This document shows positions 42,711 through 54,967 of a stretch of 64,000 nt of DNA, in pieces (the first letter of the stretch is position 1; each line of letters starts with the position of its first letter). Source of the DNA: the human T2T-CHM13v2.0 reference genome, Homo sapiens; the NCBI RefSeq assembly GCF_009914755.1, contig NC_060935.1. The stretch is one strand, 5' to 3'. The position numbers and the translations under genes are program-made. The notes under the pieces were generated by a model. It was given only the letters and a program-made list of their open reading frames with translations, did no database searches and had not been told where the DNA came from.

Positions 42711-43486
42711 CGCCATGTAACCATCACAACACTCAATATGCAGTTTCTCAATGCTTTCCCTTTTTCACTCTAGGGAGGTCAGCTCTAGTGCAGATATAAA
42801 TCTGAATGACTTGGTGTTAGTCATCTCCTATAGCATTTTGAGTTCAAGGTACAGCCTAAATGCAGAGCAGGTCCCTTGAAGTTTATAGGCATTACATGCG
42901 GTTAATACACTTAAAGGGCATGAAAGCACAGCTATAGGAATAAGCTGTTAACTTCTCTGGACTAGTAGATTGACAGTTACAATCCAGCTTGATTTTCTCC
43001 ATTAGGAGCTTATTTTTATGTTAATCCTAGTTATGGATACAGAACTCAATACTTCTGGCTTTAAGGCTTTTATTCTGAACTGCTCCTTTCTCCTCTTCCC
43101 AATTCTTGGACTCAGAACAAGTGGGAGGATATAAGAAATGTGACTAAGTGCTTGACCTTTGCTGGGACAAAACTGGATAGTTCTGGGTTCTTCGAGAAAT
43201 ACTCAAGTTTTCATATTTATCTTAACTCAGGAAATTCAGTCTTTCGGTCACTCAGCTGAATTTCTAGTTGCGTGCATAGTTTCTATGTGGAGGCCCCACT
43301 GTGTTCCCTAAGGCTACTCTACCCTCTACTCCAGAGCCACTCTTGGCAGATGTTCGTTATTTTATGGCTCTTACCTAAAAGGAAAATGTCAGCCCAAAAC
43401 TAAGGCTTCGAGATTAGGATAGTTACAGCTAATGGTCTTTTCCCATCCTTAGTGACAGTGCTGAACTTTTAATTCATACATGAGAT

Positions 43487-43955
43487 TGAAGGAAACCAGA
43501 ATATGTTACCCCAAAATATGCCTCAACATAGAAGTTTGAACTAAAGCAATTAAGCAGCAAACAGGAGAGCTCTTTCCTCCCCACTTTCTGCCTAAAAATA
43601 GGCTATCAGTCTACAAACCTTACTCCATTATAGTTTCTTCTCAGGTATTTACCATTCCAGTTTCCTGCCTTTGGAAGCCTAAAGGTCACTTTGTTTTGTT
43701 GTTTCTCTACAAGTTTATTTTTTTATTCTTTTGCGGTGGGGGGCGGGGGAGGGGGGGAGTAGGGGGGCATGCTGGAGATGCTACATAAGCCTAAAGGTCT
43801 AAGCCTAGGGTTATCTTTTGAAGTTTTGGCCTTGTGATATGCACGACAGGACACATTAATAAACTTGTTTTCTTGATAAATCTGTTCACTGTTACAGGAG
43901 TCTGTCCCAACCATGACCTTACCAGGGTTGAGAAATTTTCTTCTCCAGTGAAACA
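43487..43955 (+). mobile_element. MER34-family ERV1 solo LTR
   Basis: TGAAGGAAACCAGAATATGTTACCCCAAAATATGCC start, AATAAA at ~43858, ends ...AACA. Confidence 0.7.
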
Positions 43956-44721
43956 TAGCTTCCTACTCAGACTGCAACCTCTATGCCTTGAGTCCTATTG
44001 AATAACTTTGGCTAAAAGCTTAGGGTTTTACAAGTAGATTCATTTACCTCAAAAAAAAAAAAAAAGTCAGTATTCGTCTGTAATACAGAATCCATTACAC
44101 AAATGCCACAAACATGGACGAATCTTAGAAGGGCCTATTAGAATCAAAGTTGAACATACAGGGTTAAGAGCAGCTTTTAAAGACTGAGTTCTAAGCATCC
44201 CCAAAACTTTCTAGGTGTGAGGTTTGTGGCAAACTAGCATAACTGCTAGCTCCTTTTTACCAAGGTCAGTCTGAGAAGTACCACCTGTACAAAAACACAA
44301 ATTAGACTTCGAAGAAGGCTGGGCTGAAGAGTAATGGTAAGTTTTTGAGGTGTAGCCTTGGCCAGAAACAGGAGATATTCAAGCACAGCTATGGGAAGAT
44401 GCAATAGAAAGCAAACTGAGAGTTTGGGCCTTGTTAGTCGCCTGCATTGCCTTGGAACAAACAGTGCCTAGTTAACACTTGCATGAACTCAGAGCCCTGG
44501 TTCGTATGTCCCCAGAAATACATTCAGGGCAGCAGGGAAGCCCTGTGCTCATGAAAGCCATGAAAAGCAGGTAGAGAGTGACTTTAGGCAATAGTGCTCC
44601 CACCATTTTTTCATATTCTCAGCACTGGTTACTTATTCATGAAGAATTCTTCTTAGATCTGCTTCTCCCTAGGGGCCATAGGTTTCATTTTGCAGGGAGG
44701 GAAGGTTTGCTATTCATTTTT

Positions 44722-44991
44722 ATTTTATTATTTTTTTAAGACGGTTTTGCTCTTGTTGCCCAGGCTGGAATGCAATGGCACAATCTCAACTCACTGCAGC
44801 CTCTGCCTCCTAAATTCAAGTGATTCTCCTGCTTCAGCCTCCTGAGTAGCTGGGATTACAGGCATGTGCCACAATACCCAGCTAATTTTGTATTTTTAGT
44901 AGAGATGGGGTTTCTCTGTTGGTCAGGGTGGTCTCGAACTCTCGACCTCCTAAAGTGCTGGGATTACAGGCTTGAGCCACCGTGCCCGGCC
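44722..44991 (-). mobile_element. AluSp/Sq-like element with small internal deletion
   Basis: Perfect 19-bp TSD AGGTTTGCTATTCATTTTT (44703-44721 / 44992-45010); left arm lacks ~24 bp between CCTC repeats near 44950. Confidence 0.93.
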
Positions 44992-45362
44992 AGGTTTGCT
45001 ATTCATTTTTGGTGTCTTGGCCTTTTCATCGTAGCACTCATTTACCCTTCTCGTTGGTGCTGGGAAGTCTGTGGTGCCCGTGCATTACCTGATACCACCT
45101 GACTATGTGTTCTATCCTAAATGCAACGGGACAAAACAGACATTTGAGAAACAAGTACTTCAGAAGCAGCTGAATTGAGTCCATCAGAAAAATCATTAGA
45201 ACAGCTAAGCCATAATCAGCAGTGTTCACAAGTTTGAATTAGTATGTCCATAAGACTCAGTAAGGCCTTAACCTGGCATGAAGTTTACTCAGTTTTATAG
45301 GGAGGACAGGAAGTTGAGCAAGTCCACTATCCTCGATCTCAATGAGAAGCCCCACAACTGTC

Positions 45363-46062
45363 TGTTGAGAAGAGTCAAACTCTAAAAGATATTTATTCTG
45401 AGCCAAAAAATGAGTGACGGTGGCCCATGACACATCCCTCAGGAGGTCCTCAGAACATGTTCCAAGGTGGTTAGGGCACAGCCTGATTTTATACATTTGT
45501 GAGACATGAGACATCAAATACATTTAAGAAGTACATGGGGTGGGTGGGGGGCTTCCAAGCTGTAGGGAAACTTACATTTTCTTGTGGACGAAAAATTTTC
45601 TGGTTTATCTAAAAGAACTGGAATCAATAAAGGAAATGTTCAGGTTAAAACATTGTGGAGACCAAGGTTATTTTGAAGTCTCATAGTGGCTGCCCTTAGA
45701 CAATAGATGACAAGTGTTTCTTATTCAGACCTTTAAAAGGTGCTAGACTCAGTTAATCTCTTCAGGATTGGGAGGGCCTGGAAGAAAAAGGATCTAGCTT
45801 TATTAGATTCTTTACAGATGCAGATTTACCTCCCCAGATGTTGGCTTTGCAGGGCCATTTCAAAGTATGCCAAAGAAACTTTGGGGTGAAGTATTTTGAT
45901 TTTCTTTGTCATGTAACGTTATGCCAGAGAGATTGGAAAGTCACAATATGTAACAGTTAAGTAAAACCCATCTGATGAGAATTTATGGTTTATAGGGCAT
46001 GAGGCCCCAGACCCCTTAGATAGGAACTTTGGCAAGATTAAACAAAGTCAGTTTAGTCCTCA
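45363..46062 (-). mobile_element. MER4-family (MER4D/E-like) solo LTR
   Basis: Minus strand starts TGAGGACTAAAC and ends GAGTTTGACTCTTCTCAACA. Confidence 0.82.
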
Positions 46063-46237
46063 GATCCTTCACCCCTGCAGGGATGTGAATGGTTGACAAG
46101 GATGAGACAAAAATGTGTATGTTACACCTTGACGTAGATCACTGCAATGGTATTCCAGTTTGTTATTTCAGTTATATAGGTCCAATATGTGTGTCATAGG
46201 CTCCTGAGTCCAGATATGATCGATCTCAGACCAGTTT

Positions 46238-47304
46238 TGATACGGACAAGAGACAGGGAAATACTGGGTAGAAGAGGGCAGTTCCCTGGCAAAGCCCCAC
46301 CCTCAAGCCTGGAAACCCACAGCCCTAAATGGGAACAGGCATTCCTGTTTTTGTTCCCAAAAGTTGCCATTTGGTCCACCATACCTAACTATCCTGTACT
46401 CTTGTAAACCCTAAACCGAGGGCGGTGGGAGAGCGGCGGAAAGAGGGCAGGACCCTGTAACCCTTGTAAACCCTAAGCCGAGGGCGGTGGGAGGACAGGA
46501 CTCTGTACCCTTGTAAACCCCAAACCAAGGGCGGCGGGAGGACGGCAGGACCCTGGACCACCCTTGTAAACCCTAAACCGAGGCCGACGGGAGGAGGGCA
46601 GGACGCTGTACCCTTGTAAACCCTAAACCCAAGGCGGGGAGGGTGGCGGCGGAAGGAGGGCAGGACCCTGTACCCTTGTAAACCCTAAACTGAGGGCAGC
46701 AGGAGGGCGGCAGGAGGAGGGTAGGACCCTGTACCCTTGTAAACCCTAAACCGAGGGCGTCGGGAGGGCGGCAACGTCTAAGAGGAGTTCAACTGGGGAC
46801 AGTTTGGAGAGGATGGCCAAACTCCAGGGGAAGATCATCTTCCCACTCTATACTTCCCAGCTCCCCATCCATCCCACTGAGAGCCACCTCCACCAGTCAG
46901 TAAAACCCCTGAGTTCATCCTTTGTGTGTGACCCGATTTTTCCTGGATACCAGACAAGAGCTTGGAATACAGAAAGCTGTCACATTAGCCTGTGAAAAGG
47001 CAGAGGTTCAACTGAGCTGTTTAACACTTAAGCTGTCTGGGGATGGCAAAGCTAAAAGAGCCCACTATAACACATGCCCACTTGGGCTTTGGGAGTCACA
47101 GGCACCCACACCCCTGGATGCTACCATGGGGCTAGAGCCCAGGGGCACTCACACTGGCTCCTGCATCTGCCCATCTGCATGCTTCCCCTCCTGTAAGGGT
47201 CTCAGTGTGCACACCCGTCACAGTAAGGGGTCTCAGCCAAACATTAGCCACACCCCTGTCACACATCCTGTGAGAGGGGGCTTAGGGAACTCCCATTTGT
47301 TTCA
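46238..47304 (+). mobile_element. LTR1/LTR27-group solo LTR with internal minisatellite
   Basis: Collinear with the LTR at 31278-32064 (TGATACGGACAAGAGACAGGGAAATA...GTTTCA). Confidence 0.88.
46393..46772. repeat. GC/CpG-rich minisatellite, 7 units of ~48-61 bp
   Basis: Unit CCTGTACCCTTGTAAACCCTAAACCGAGGGCGGCGGGAGG...GGCAGGAC repeated seven times with variation. Confidence 0.95.
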
Positions 47305-48653
47305 AGTAAGTCAGCTCCTTTATACATTTCATGTGTGTCTTAACTTAGTAATATGAGTTATTGGAGGGCCTTACTCAATAGTCGGAAAACATCTATAAGC
47401 ATGTTATAAGGGTGTTGGGGGAGGTACCTAACATGGAGGCTTGGAGTTCATACAGACTTTCGTTATGTTAGGAATTAATTTGGTTTATCTCTTATTCCAT
47501 CAACTGCTAACCTTGGTTGTCAGGTAAAATTGTTTCCTTATCAGCAGTAAACTTAATCTTATTAGAAAATGTAGAAACAGATCACATGGCTGAAAAGTAC
47601 TTAGGCTTTGAAAGAAAGCATTTGCTAGTAGACTTTGAAAATAGTAATCCTAGGTCAGGCAGTTCCAATGATGCAATTCTCAAACATCTTATTAAATACA
47701 AAGATGCTTGGATAGCAGCACTTCTCTGGTAGGAATACAGACCTTTGCAATTCCCAGGCATTGAGATTTTGGATTTCTGGGGGTGGTGGGTGGGTTGGAT
47801 ATATAAGGGGAATATTAACCACTAGATTCCTGGGCTTTCTAGACTTTGTGGAAGGTAACTACTGACAAACTTAAGACCTGAGTACTAAAAAAAAAAAAAT
47901 AAGAGCTAGGCCATGACCATTTTATAGTCTATTACATTACAATATTTATAACCCTTTCCCTTGTGTTTAGGCTTAGGACACATTGATTGCACGTGTCTTC
48001 CTTTGCGGAAGGTGTCAACAGCTTGCTACTAGTTTGATAGTGATTCCCCTACTCCTTCCCCTAGGGGGATCTATGGCTATTCGTTCAGGTAGTTTTACAC
48101 TGGAAAAAAGAATAACCAACCATTTGGAGAATGTTTGACATAAGCTTTAGAGAACACTGATAACCAGCAACCCAAAATTCATTATGGCTCCCTAGTCAGT
48201 GGGGGAATAGGAGGCCAGGTAATAGATTTTAGTTCACAGTGGAGTATAATGAATAGCCAGCTCATAGCTGATCCTGATTCTGGAATGCACCTGGTGATCA
48301 TTTTCCCCAAATGTATACTCAGAATAGATATGTCTACTTATAACTTTGGCCTATGAGGCAAGTGGTATCAGTGGGGAAAGCCAGATAGAAGCCTTTGAAA
48401 CTTCCCTTTCTCTGGACAAGACAGTAAACAGTGTTATGTAACAGAAGGGATACAAAAAGTGACACTTAAAATGGTTTCAAGGTTGCAGTTAATGACTCTC
48501 ATATCCCCATATAGTTCACCAGTATAGCACTCAAAACACAAAGATCCTAGAGAAAAAGTACCTCAAATTCAACCAAATGTTAGCCCCAATTAAGCTGCTC
48601 TGCCAGATATGGTATCTCTGCCACAGCACAGTAACACCTGAATCAGCATCTGA

Positions 48654-48659
48654 TTTAAT
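48654..48659 (-). terminator. Candidate poly(A) signal ATTAAA for C11orf40
   Basis: TTTAAT on the plus strand, ~45 nt downstream of the stop codon. Confidence 0.4.
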
Positions 48660-48703
48660 AATCACCATACTGCAGTCATTGATTTGGCAAATGTTTTTCT
48701 ACA

Positions 48704-48910
48704 TCAGGGCAGGGACTTCAAGTAGTTCACATCCACATGAAGTAGAACACGATCCATACAGTTTTTCCCTGCAAAGACCTGGAGCAGTGCTAGGATGGAA
48801 TATTCTGATGGAAGTGTTTTGTAATCAGTGCGGTCCAATTCAATGGCCCAGTCACTTGTGGCTATTGAACACTTGCAGTGTTGCATGTTGGTAGCTTTAA
48901 GGCTCATACA
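48704..48910 (-). CDS. C11orf40: C11orf40 coding exon 4 (CMSLKAT...YLKSLP*)
   Basis: Acceptor CTCTGTAG|TGT, phase 0, stop TGA at 48706-48704. Confidence 0.8.
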   Translation of the reverse strand, partial: CMSLKATNMQHCKCSIATSDWAIELDRTDYKTLPSEYSILALLQVFAGKNCMDRVLLHVDVNYLKSLP

Positions 48911-49438
48911 CTACAGAGCATGAAGAATAAACAGTAAGAAAATGACTGTTTCACAGATGGATCAGAGTACGAGCAAAAAAAAAAAAAAAAAAAAGGATGG
49001 CTGCTACATACATATACAATGGTCAGTGGCAAACTGCTTTACTGCTGGTCAATGGCAGGAAAGGAGAAAATAACTGAAGGCCTGTAACAAGTTGGAATGC
49101 AATAGAGGCATATGGATTGGAGTAGTGCATGAGCACATCTACAGAAGCGAAGCACCAAAATCGAGTAGATACTGTGAAGATCCCAGAAATTTAGAAATTT
49201 TGAAGTAGCCACTGCATTTCACACCACAAGAGACCAAAAAAATCAATGTGGCCAGAAGGGGAAAGACAATTACTGTTACCAAAGTAGCTCTAAAGCCATT
49301 CAAATTCTATGGCATTGTTATGCTCATTAATGGCTGGGGCACCAAAAAGTCTAGGAGATCCAGCTAGAAACCACAGGGTAAGACATTCCCCATAGATATG
49401 AAAAAGACATGACCTAATAGTTATGTCTCAACACAAAC

Positions 49439-49577
49439 CTGACCTGCTAACCAGAAAGAAAGCGTGATAAGATCCATTAAGTCACATAGAAGCTGGTGTT
49501 TCATTGCTCCCACAGGTAGAGGGGCTGAGATCCAGGAAATAGAGATTCCACTGGAAACACGTTCCAGATAGCAAGGT
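49439..49577 (-). CDS. C11orf40: C11orf40 coding exon 3 (PCYLERV...FWLAGQ)
   Basis: Acceptor CCCTTCAAAG|A, donor CAG|GTTTGT, 139 nt, in phase with neighbouring exons. Confidence 0.8.
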
Positions 49578-49759
49578 CTTTGAAGGGCAAGTGAAGCTAT
49601 GACGAAATGAAAGAGCTCTAGGAGGCGGCACATAAAGGAAGATAACTATGTGCTACAGAAATTCAATTTACCATTCACCAAAAACATCTTGGCTTCTTCC
49701 ATTTCTGCCCATCCTGGCAGTTTTGAAGTTTTCAGGACACCTAACCCCGATATGTTTTT

Positions 49760-50160
49760 GGATTAAGACTTGCTTTATGGCTGAGCATGTGGTTGATCTT
49801 AGATTATGTTCTCCCTTTGCTGATGAGATGAATGTATGTTTTGTGGTTGATGAGTGGAGTATTCTGTAAATGTCTATTAAGTCAAATTGGTTAAGTGTCA
49901 AATTTAAGTCCAGGATTTGTTAGTTTTCTGACTTGATCTGTCTAACACTGCCAGTGGGGTGTTAAAGTCCCTCACTATTGGGTGGCAAAGTTTTCCCACA
50001 GGTCTGGAAGTACTTGTTTTATGGATCTGGGTGCTGCAATGTTGGGTGCATATGTACTTATGATAGTTAAGTCTTGTGGAATGGAACCCTTTATCATTAT
50101 GTAATTCCCTTTATTGTTGGTTTAGTGTCTGCTTTATCTGATGTAATAGTGACTCCTTTC
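49760..50160 (-). mobile_element. L1 ORF2 endonuclease fragment
   Basis: TLNQFDLIDIYRILH peptide on the minus strand. Confidence 0.8.
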
Positions 50161-50326
50161 CCCCACTCGTATGATTTTTTCCAACTTTTTGAGTTTATAG
50201 ACGTCATTATGTATGAGTGTTTAATCCAACTTGGAACTTTGATTTTTAAGTGGGGTGAAAAAACAGACATTAACAATTCTTGTGATTTATTAGGTAGTGT
50301 TTGTTAAGCTTATGCTTTTTATATAC

Positions 50327-50480
50327 TGCTATGGTTTGAATGTGTGTACACCCTCAAAATTCTTAAGTTGAGACCAGGTAAGTGTTAGGAGGTGAGGCCT
50401 TCAGGAGGTAATTGGTAGATTTCTTGTAAATGGAATTAGTGCCTTTATAAAAGGGTACCAAAGAGACCCCTGGTCGCTCT
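50327..50480 (+). mobile_element. MST/MLT1A-like MaLR LTR fragment
   Basis: TGCTATGGTTTGAATGTG...AATGGAATTAGTGCCTTTATAAAAGG. Confidence 0.7.
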
Positions 50481-50590
50481 TATACTTGGACAGCAGCTGT
50501 TGAAAGTGCATATTAAGGTTGGGTAGTACTTCCTTACTCCCAGGGCACTGCTGCATTCCTTGAAGGTCATCCTTGAAGCCAGACACTTAC

Positions 50591-50757
50591 AGTACCCTAA
50601 AGCAAGGTCTTTTGTCATCTTCTGCCAAGGTGTGGCCGTTATCACCCATCACCACACTAGACGGCACTGTTAGTGGGTGGTTGGCCTGGTGTATGAACAC
50701 ATCCTTATCTAAGTTAAAGGCTCTGTAGAAGTTTATAAGGATATTTTTGGATGTTTC
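50591..50757 (-). CDS. C11orf40: C11orf40 coding exon 2 (ETSKNIL...RPCFRV)
   Basis: Acceptor TAG|GAA, donor CT|GTAAGT, 167 nt with an open frame. Confidence 0.8.
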
Positions 50758-51036
50758 CTATCAATGAGCCATCACAATCTGAAGCACAGGAGTTTTTTTT
50801 ACCCTGAATCAAGATAAGCTCTTCAAAAGAAAGGCAGCCACAGGTGAGGGTGGCTAGCTTTGCTGGTTTGACAGTCTCAGTATGTGATGAAAGGCATCTG
50901 TGAGCTCCTAAATTAAAGGCATAACTCTGCCCTCAGTCAGGCAGAAGTAGCTAATTCATGAAACCCCTAGGAAAATGCTTTGAAAGCCCTTTAAGCAATA
51001 GGCAACTATGAGTCCTTACAGGAAGGGCACTTAGAT

Positions 51037-51220
51037 TTTTTTTGTATATGTTTAAGGGTTATACAGTTTTGTTACATGGATAGTGGTGAGGTCTGGGCCT
51101 TTAGTGGTCATCACCTGAATGACGTACATTGTTCCCATTAATTTCTCATCCATCCTATCCCCACCCTTCTGAGTCTCTACGTGTCTGTCATTCTACCCTA
51201 TATAGTTGTGTACACTTAGG
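51037..51220 (-). mobile_element. L1PB/MA 3' end fragment
   Basis: T-run followed by TTTTGTTACATGGAT..GGTGAGGTCTGGGC. Confidence 0.65.
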
Positions 51221-51747
51221 TTTTACCCATCAACAAGGGTCTCAGGGTACTTCATGACTTCTGCCTCTATCAGGGTTCTTCCATTCTGAGGGCAGAAATG
51301 TCTTGGAGGATGAGGGAAGGAAAATAACTTCTAGGGTCAGTATCACAATCCCATTTACTGGTCCAATTCCATCCCCTAGCCATGTACGTTTCAGAGGTAT
51401 TGTTGCTCAGAGCAGAGAACATTGAAGTTAAGTGGAGACCCCTCAACTGTAGGCTGAGGAACATCAGAGATCCCTATTAGAAAACGAGGTTGAGAAATCC
51501 GTAGGTTCTACATTAAGTATGGAAAAGAACTTGTGGATCTATGGTCCCATGAAAAAAGCAAGATAACAGTGTGAGGATCAATTCTAGTCTAGAATTGAGG
51601 TCATAAGGGATCCTGAACAAACTAAGAGTAATCTCAAGGACTAAAACATCCAGGAACCCAAGAAAACACTTAGGAACCTAAGAAAGTATGTAGTAAGAGG
51701 GACCGTGTATACCTATAAGGACAAAATAAGAATCGAGTTGCAAGCTT

Positions 51748-52205
<458 letters not shown>

Positions 52206-52816
52206 TGGATTTGTAAGCTTGAACAGCAAAGGAAGAGGAAGCAATGCACAGTGGCTATGACAACACTAGTGACATGTCCGTTTCCCAGTAAAAGTCACTC
52301 CCTAGTCTTGTGGTCTCTCAATTTCCATCAAGACAAGTGGAATCAGAACCTAAATGAACACTAAAGGGTCTTCCAAGGCTTAAGCCACCAAAAAGGTCAA
52401 TTGAGAGAGAAGGGAGAGAAGAAAACTTAGGTCAGAATAATGGAACTCTTATGTTCTGAAAAAAGACTGTTAGGGGGAAAAAAGCCTCAGCCAAGGCAAG
52501 CATCCTGGAAAGTGAAGTAACACTGAGTCCTTCCTGAGAGAATGTTTGGATGGCTTCAGAAAAGAAAGCTATGAAGTAAAGGCATCAAGAGAATGGGGTA
52601 TGTATGTATAAGCAGCTTCCCTCTGATGGGGAATATTTTGAGTTGGCAGGAAAGTAGCCCACAACCTTCCCTATCAATAATGGTAAGGCCAGTTCTTAAG
52701 AGGAGATTGTGCCCGACTTATAAGTGAAGCTTGAGCCAACCAGAGGGTTTCCCCTCCCCCCCCCAAAAAAAAGACAACAAAAAAGCCACACAGAGAAAAA
52801 AAAAAAAAAAAACAAA

Positions 52817-53099
52817 CACGGAGTTTCACCCTTGTTGCCCAGGCTGGAGTGCAACGGCATAATCTCTGCTGACCGCAGCCTCTTCCCGCAAGGTTCGAGC
52901 GATTTTCCTGGCTCAGCTTCCCAAGTAGCTGGGATTACAAGGCATGCGCCACCGTGCTCGACTAATTTTGTATTTTTAGCCGAGATGGGTTTTCTCCATG
53001 TTGGATCAGGCTGGCACTCGAGCTCCCGACCTCAGGTGATCTGCCTGCCTTGGCCTCCCATAGTGCTGGGATTACAGGCATGAGCCACCGCGTCCAGCC
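52817..53099 (-). mobile_element. AluSp-like element lacking a normal tail
   Basis: AluSp diagnostics (TTGTTGCCC, GCATGCGCC, TTTCTCCATGTTGG). Confidence 0.88.
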
Positions 53100-54266
53100 A
53101 AAAAGGTCCTTCTTCTAAGCCTTCTGCTATAAGGGACGTTAAGCCCACGAATTAGAAACAGCCTTCCTAGGGAAAGCAGGGTTAATGCTCCCATCCCAGC
53201 CTCTTAGTGAGGCCCTTCTTTAGGAACTATGCCTAGTCTGGGGTTATTCCAATGGCCCCACAATAACCACAGAAAGGAAGTGGTGAGAGAAAAGATGAGG
53301 TTTACCGGAACTGAGAAGTATTTTCTAGTATTCCACTAGCCCAAAGCATCTCAGTTCAGTGCTGATTTTCACTATTTCATTAGAGAAAGCGAGGAATGTT
53401 GAGCTTGTTGTTCGAGTCTTCACTTCCCGGGCAAGTCGTGAGATTATGAGAAAGATGGAAGGAAACAGAACTAAACCTAGGTGCCTTATTCATTTTGTTT
53501 TTTCTCACAGCAAATCAGCAAAGAATTTCTTATCTCTTAAAGTAAGCAGAAACAGAAAAAGCTGAAAGAAAGACACAGAGAGAAAGGAGAAACTAACTTA
53601 GAAGTCTCCCAGTTTCCACCCAAACTACCCAGACCCCACCCACCTCATTTCAGTCAGGGGCTTATAAAGCCTAAGAGGACTTGAAGTTTAACTTAAATAG
53701 AAGGTGAGAGAACGCCATTGGTCAGAATTCTTGAAGCCTGGATTGGCTGGAGCCACGGAGGCTCCTGAACCCACTAAACCAGAAGCAAAGTGGCAGCTGA
53801 GAGCTGGTGCTGATTTTTTAAATTGGGAGACTCCTGAGTGTGTTCACCTGTAACTACAGTATCATAATTCACCTTCCAAAATTTAACATCAGGATTCACA
53901 AGAAAAAAAAGTTGCCATTGCCAGACATGGGCTAGAATCTTAAACTTGACAGTAAAGAAAATGAACTCTACATTGTGAAATATACATCACTCCCTAGATT
54001 CTATGATCAGATCTAGAACCAACTCAGAATAAAGTCACAGAACCAATATTAGTTAACTTTCAGTGAATTTTTCCTATCAAAAAGTATCTTTTAAACTAGC
54101 AAAAGAAGAAGAAAAGGGAAGCATATGGTTTAGCATGGTAAGGATTCTCTTGTCCTAATTGTGTTCAGGACAACTTAGAAAACAGTTTTCTGGGTCCTCA
54201 TTTCCAGCCTGCCAGCTTATAATCACACTTGAGAGTCTACTTTCTGGGGCCATTCCTGCTATCAAC

Positions 54267-54688
54267 TGTCTTAAGTTGGGTTCCTTAGAAACTGACTTTG
54301 AGACCTTTCCATGCTGAAAGTTTATCAGAAAGTAAGCTCACAAACAATGTCTCAACAGGTGCAAAGGAAGCAGAATTTTGCAGAGGGAGAAGGTGAATTA
54401 CAACGGAGTTTCATCAGACTTCCCAGCTGATTTACGAGAAACTCTGGAGTAGAGATGGTCCTACACACTTGTCCTGAGTTAGGCAAGGGAGTCAGGCCTT
54501 TAAACTCACCATCAACTAGTCATTAAATACAATCATTGCAAACGGAGGGTGGCTAATTTAGGGTAATAGAGTTCCCTTTGGCTGAAGGTAATTCCTGAAA
54601 GAAATGTAGGTGTGAACTATCAGCAGCTGATAGCTCCCAGCTTATGAGGTAATGAGTGCTTCAAGGGGGATCTGTGTGGAGCTACACA
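54267..54688 (-). mobile_element. LTR16-like ERVL solo LTR
   Basis: TGTCTTAAGTTGGGTTCCTTAGAAA...AAGTTTATCAG...GCTACACA resembles reverse LTR16. Confidence 0.6.
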
Positions 54689-54967
54689 GTTTACAGCTGG
54701 GGAAAGTTTATATCTGATTAGTCTTCTGAGAGGACTTGAGATGGGTGTCAGATCCTAGGGTTCAGGTCCAGCCCATGCTGAAGTCCGAGGGGAGTGGGTG
54801 GATGAACAGAAAGAACACTCGGGGGTCCATATGCAGGTGAAAGATGACTTCATTCAGCAGCAGTTCTTATTAACAACTTTCTCACACTGTCCACCTTTAT
54901 CTCAACTGTGTGCTCTGGCTCTGTGGCTCCTGCCGCCCCCATGCCTGCAGCTGCATAGCCGGCTCAC

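Larger units (their letters stand above)
48060..49230 (+). mobile_element. Degenerate ERVL pro-pol remnant with a short MER3/MER33-like hAT fragment (~48825-48890)
   Basis: Frameshifted NQMLAPI/AALPDMVSL...AVIDLANVF matches ERVL RT (NQVVTPIAAAVPDVVSL...AAIDLANAF). CACTTGTGGCTATTGAACACTTG is a MER3-like core. Confidence 0.65.

Noticed and set aside
46393-46772. CRISPR-like repeat/spacer look and telomere-like AAACCCTAAA motifs
   Set aside because: The 'spacers' are variants of one another, the DNA is primate, and the motif derives from the LTR TATA segment; it is an ordinary minisatellite
49570-50612. 12-bp direct repeat AGCAAGGTCTTT near both ends of C11orf40 intron 2, suggesting an RT template-switch artefact
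   Set aside because: The in-frame junction uses canonical GTAAGT/AG and does not coincide with a jump between the repeats; kept only as a caveat
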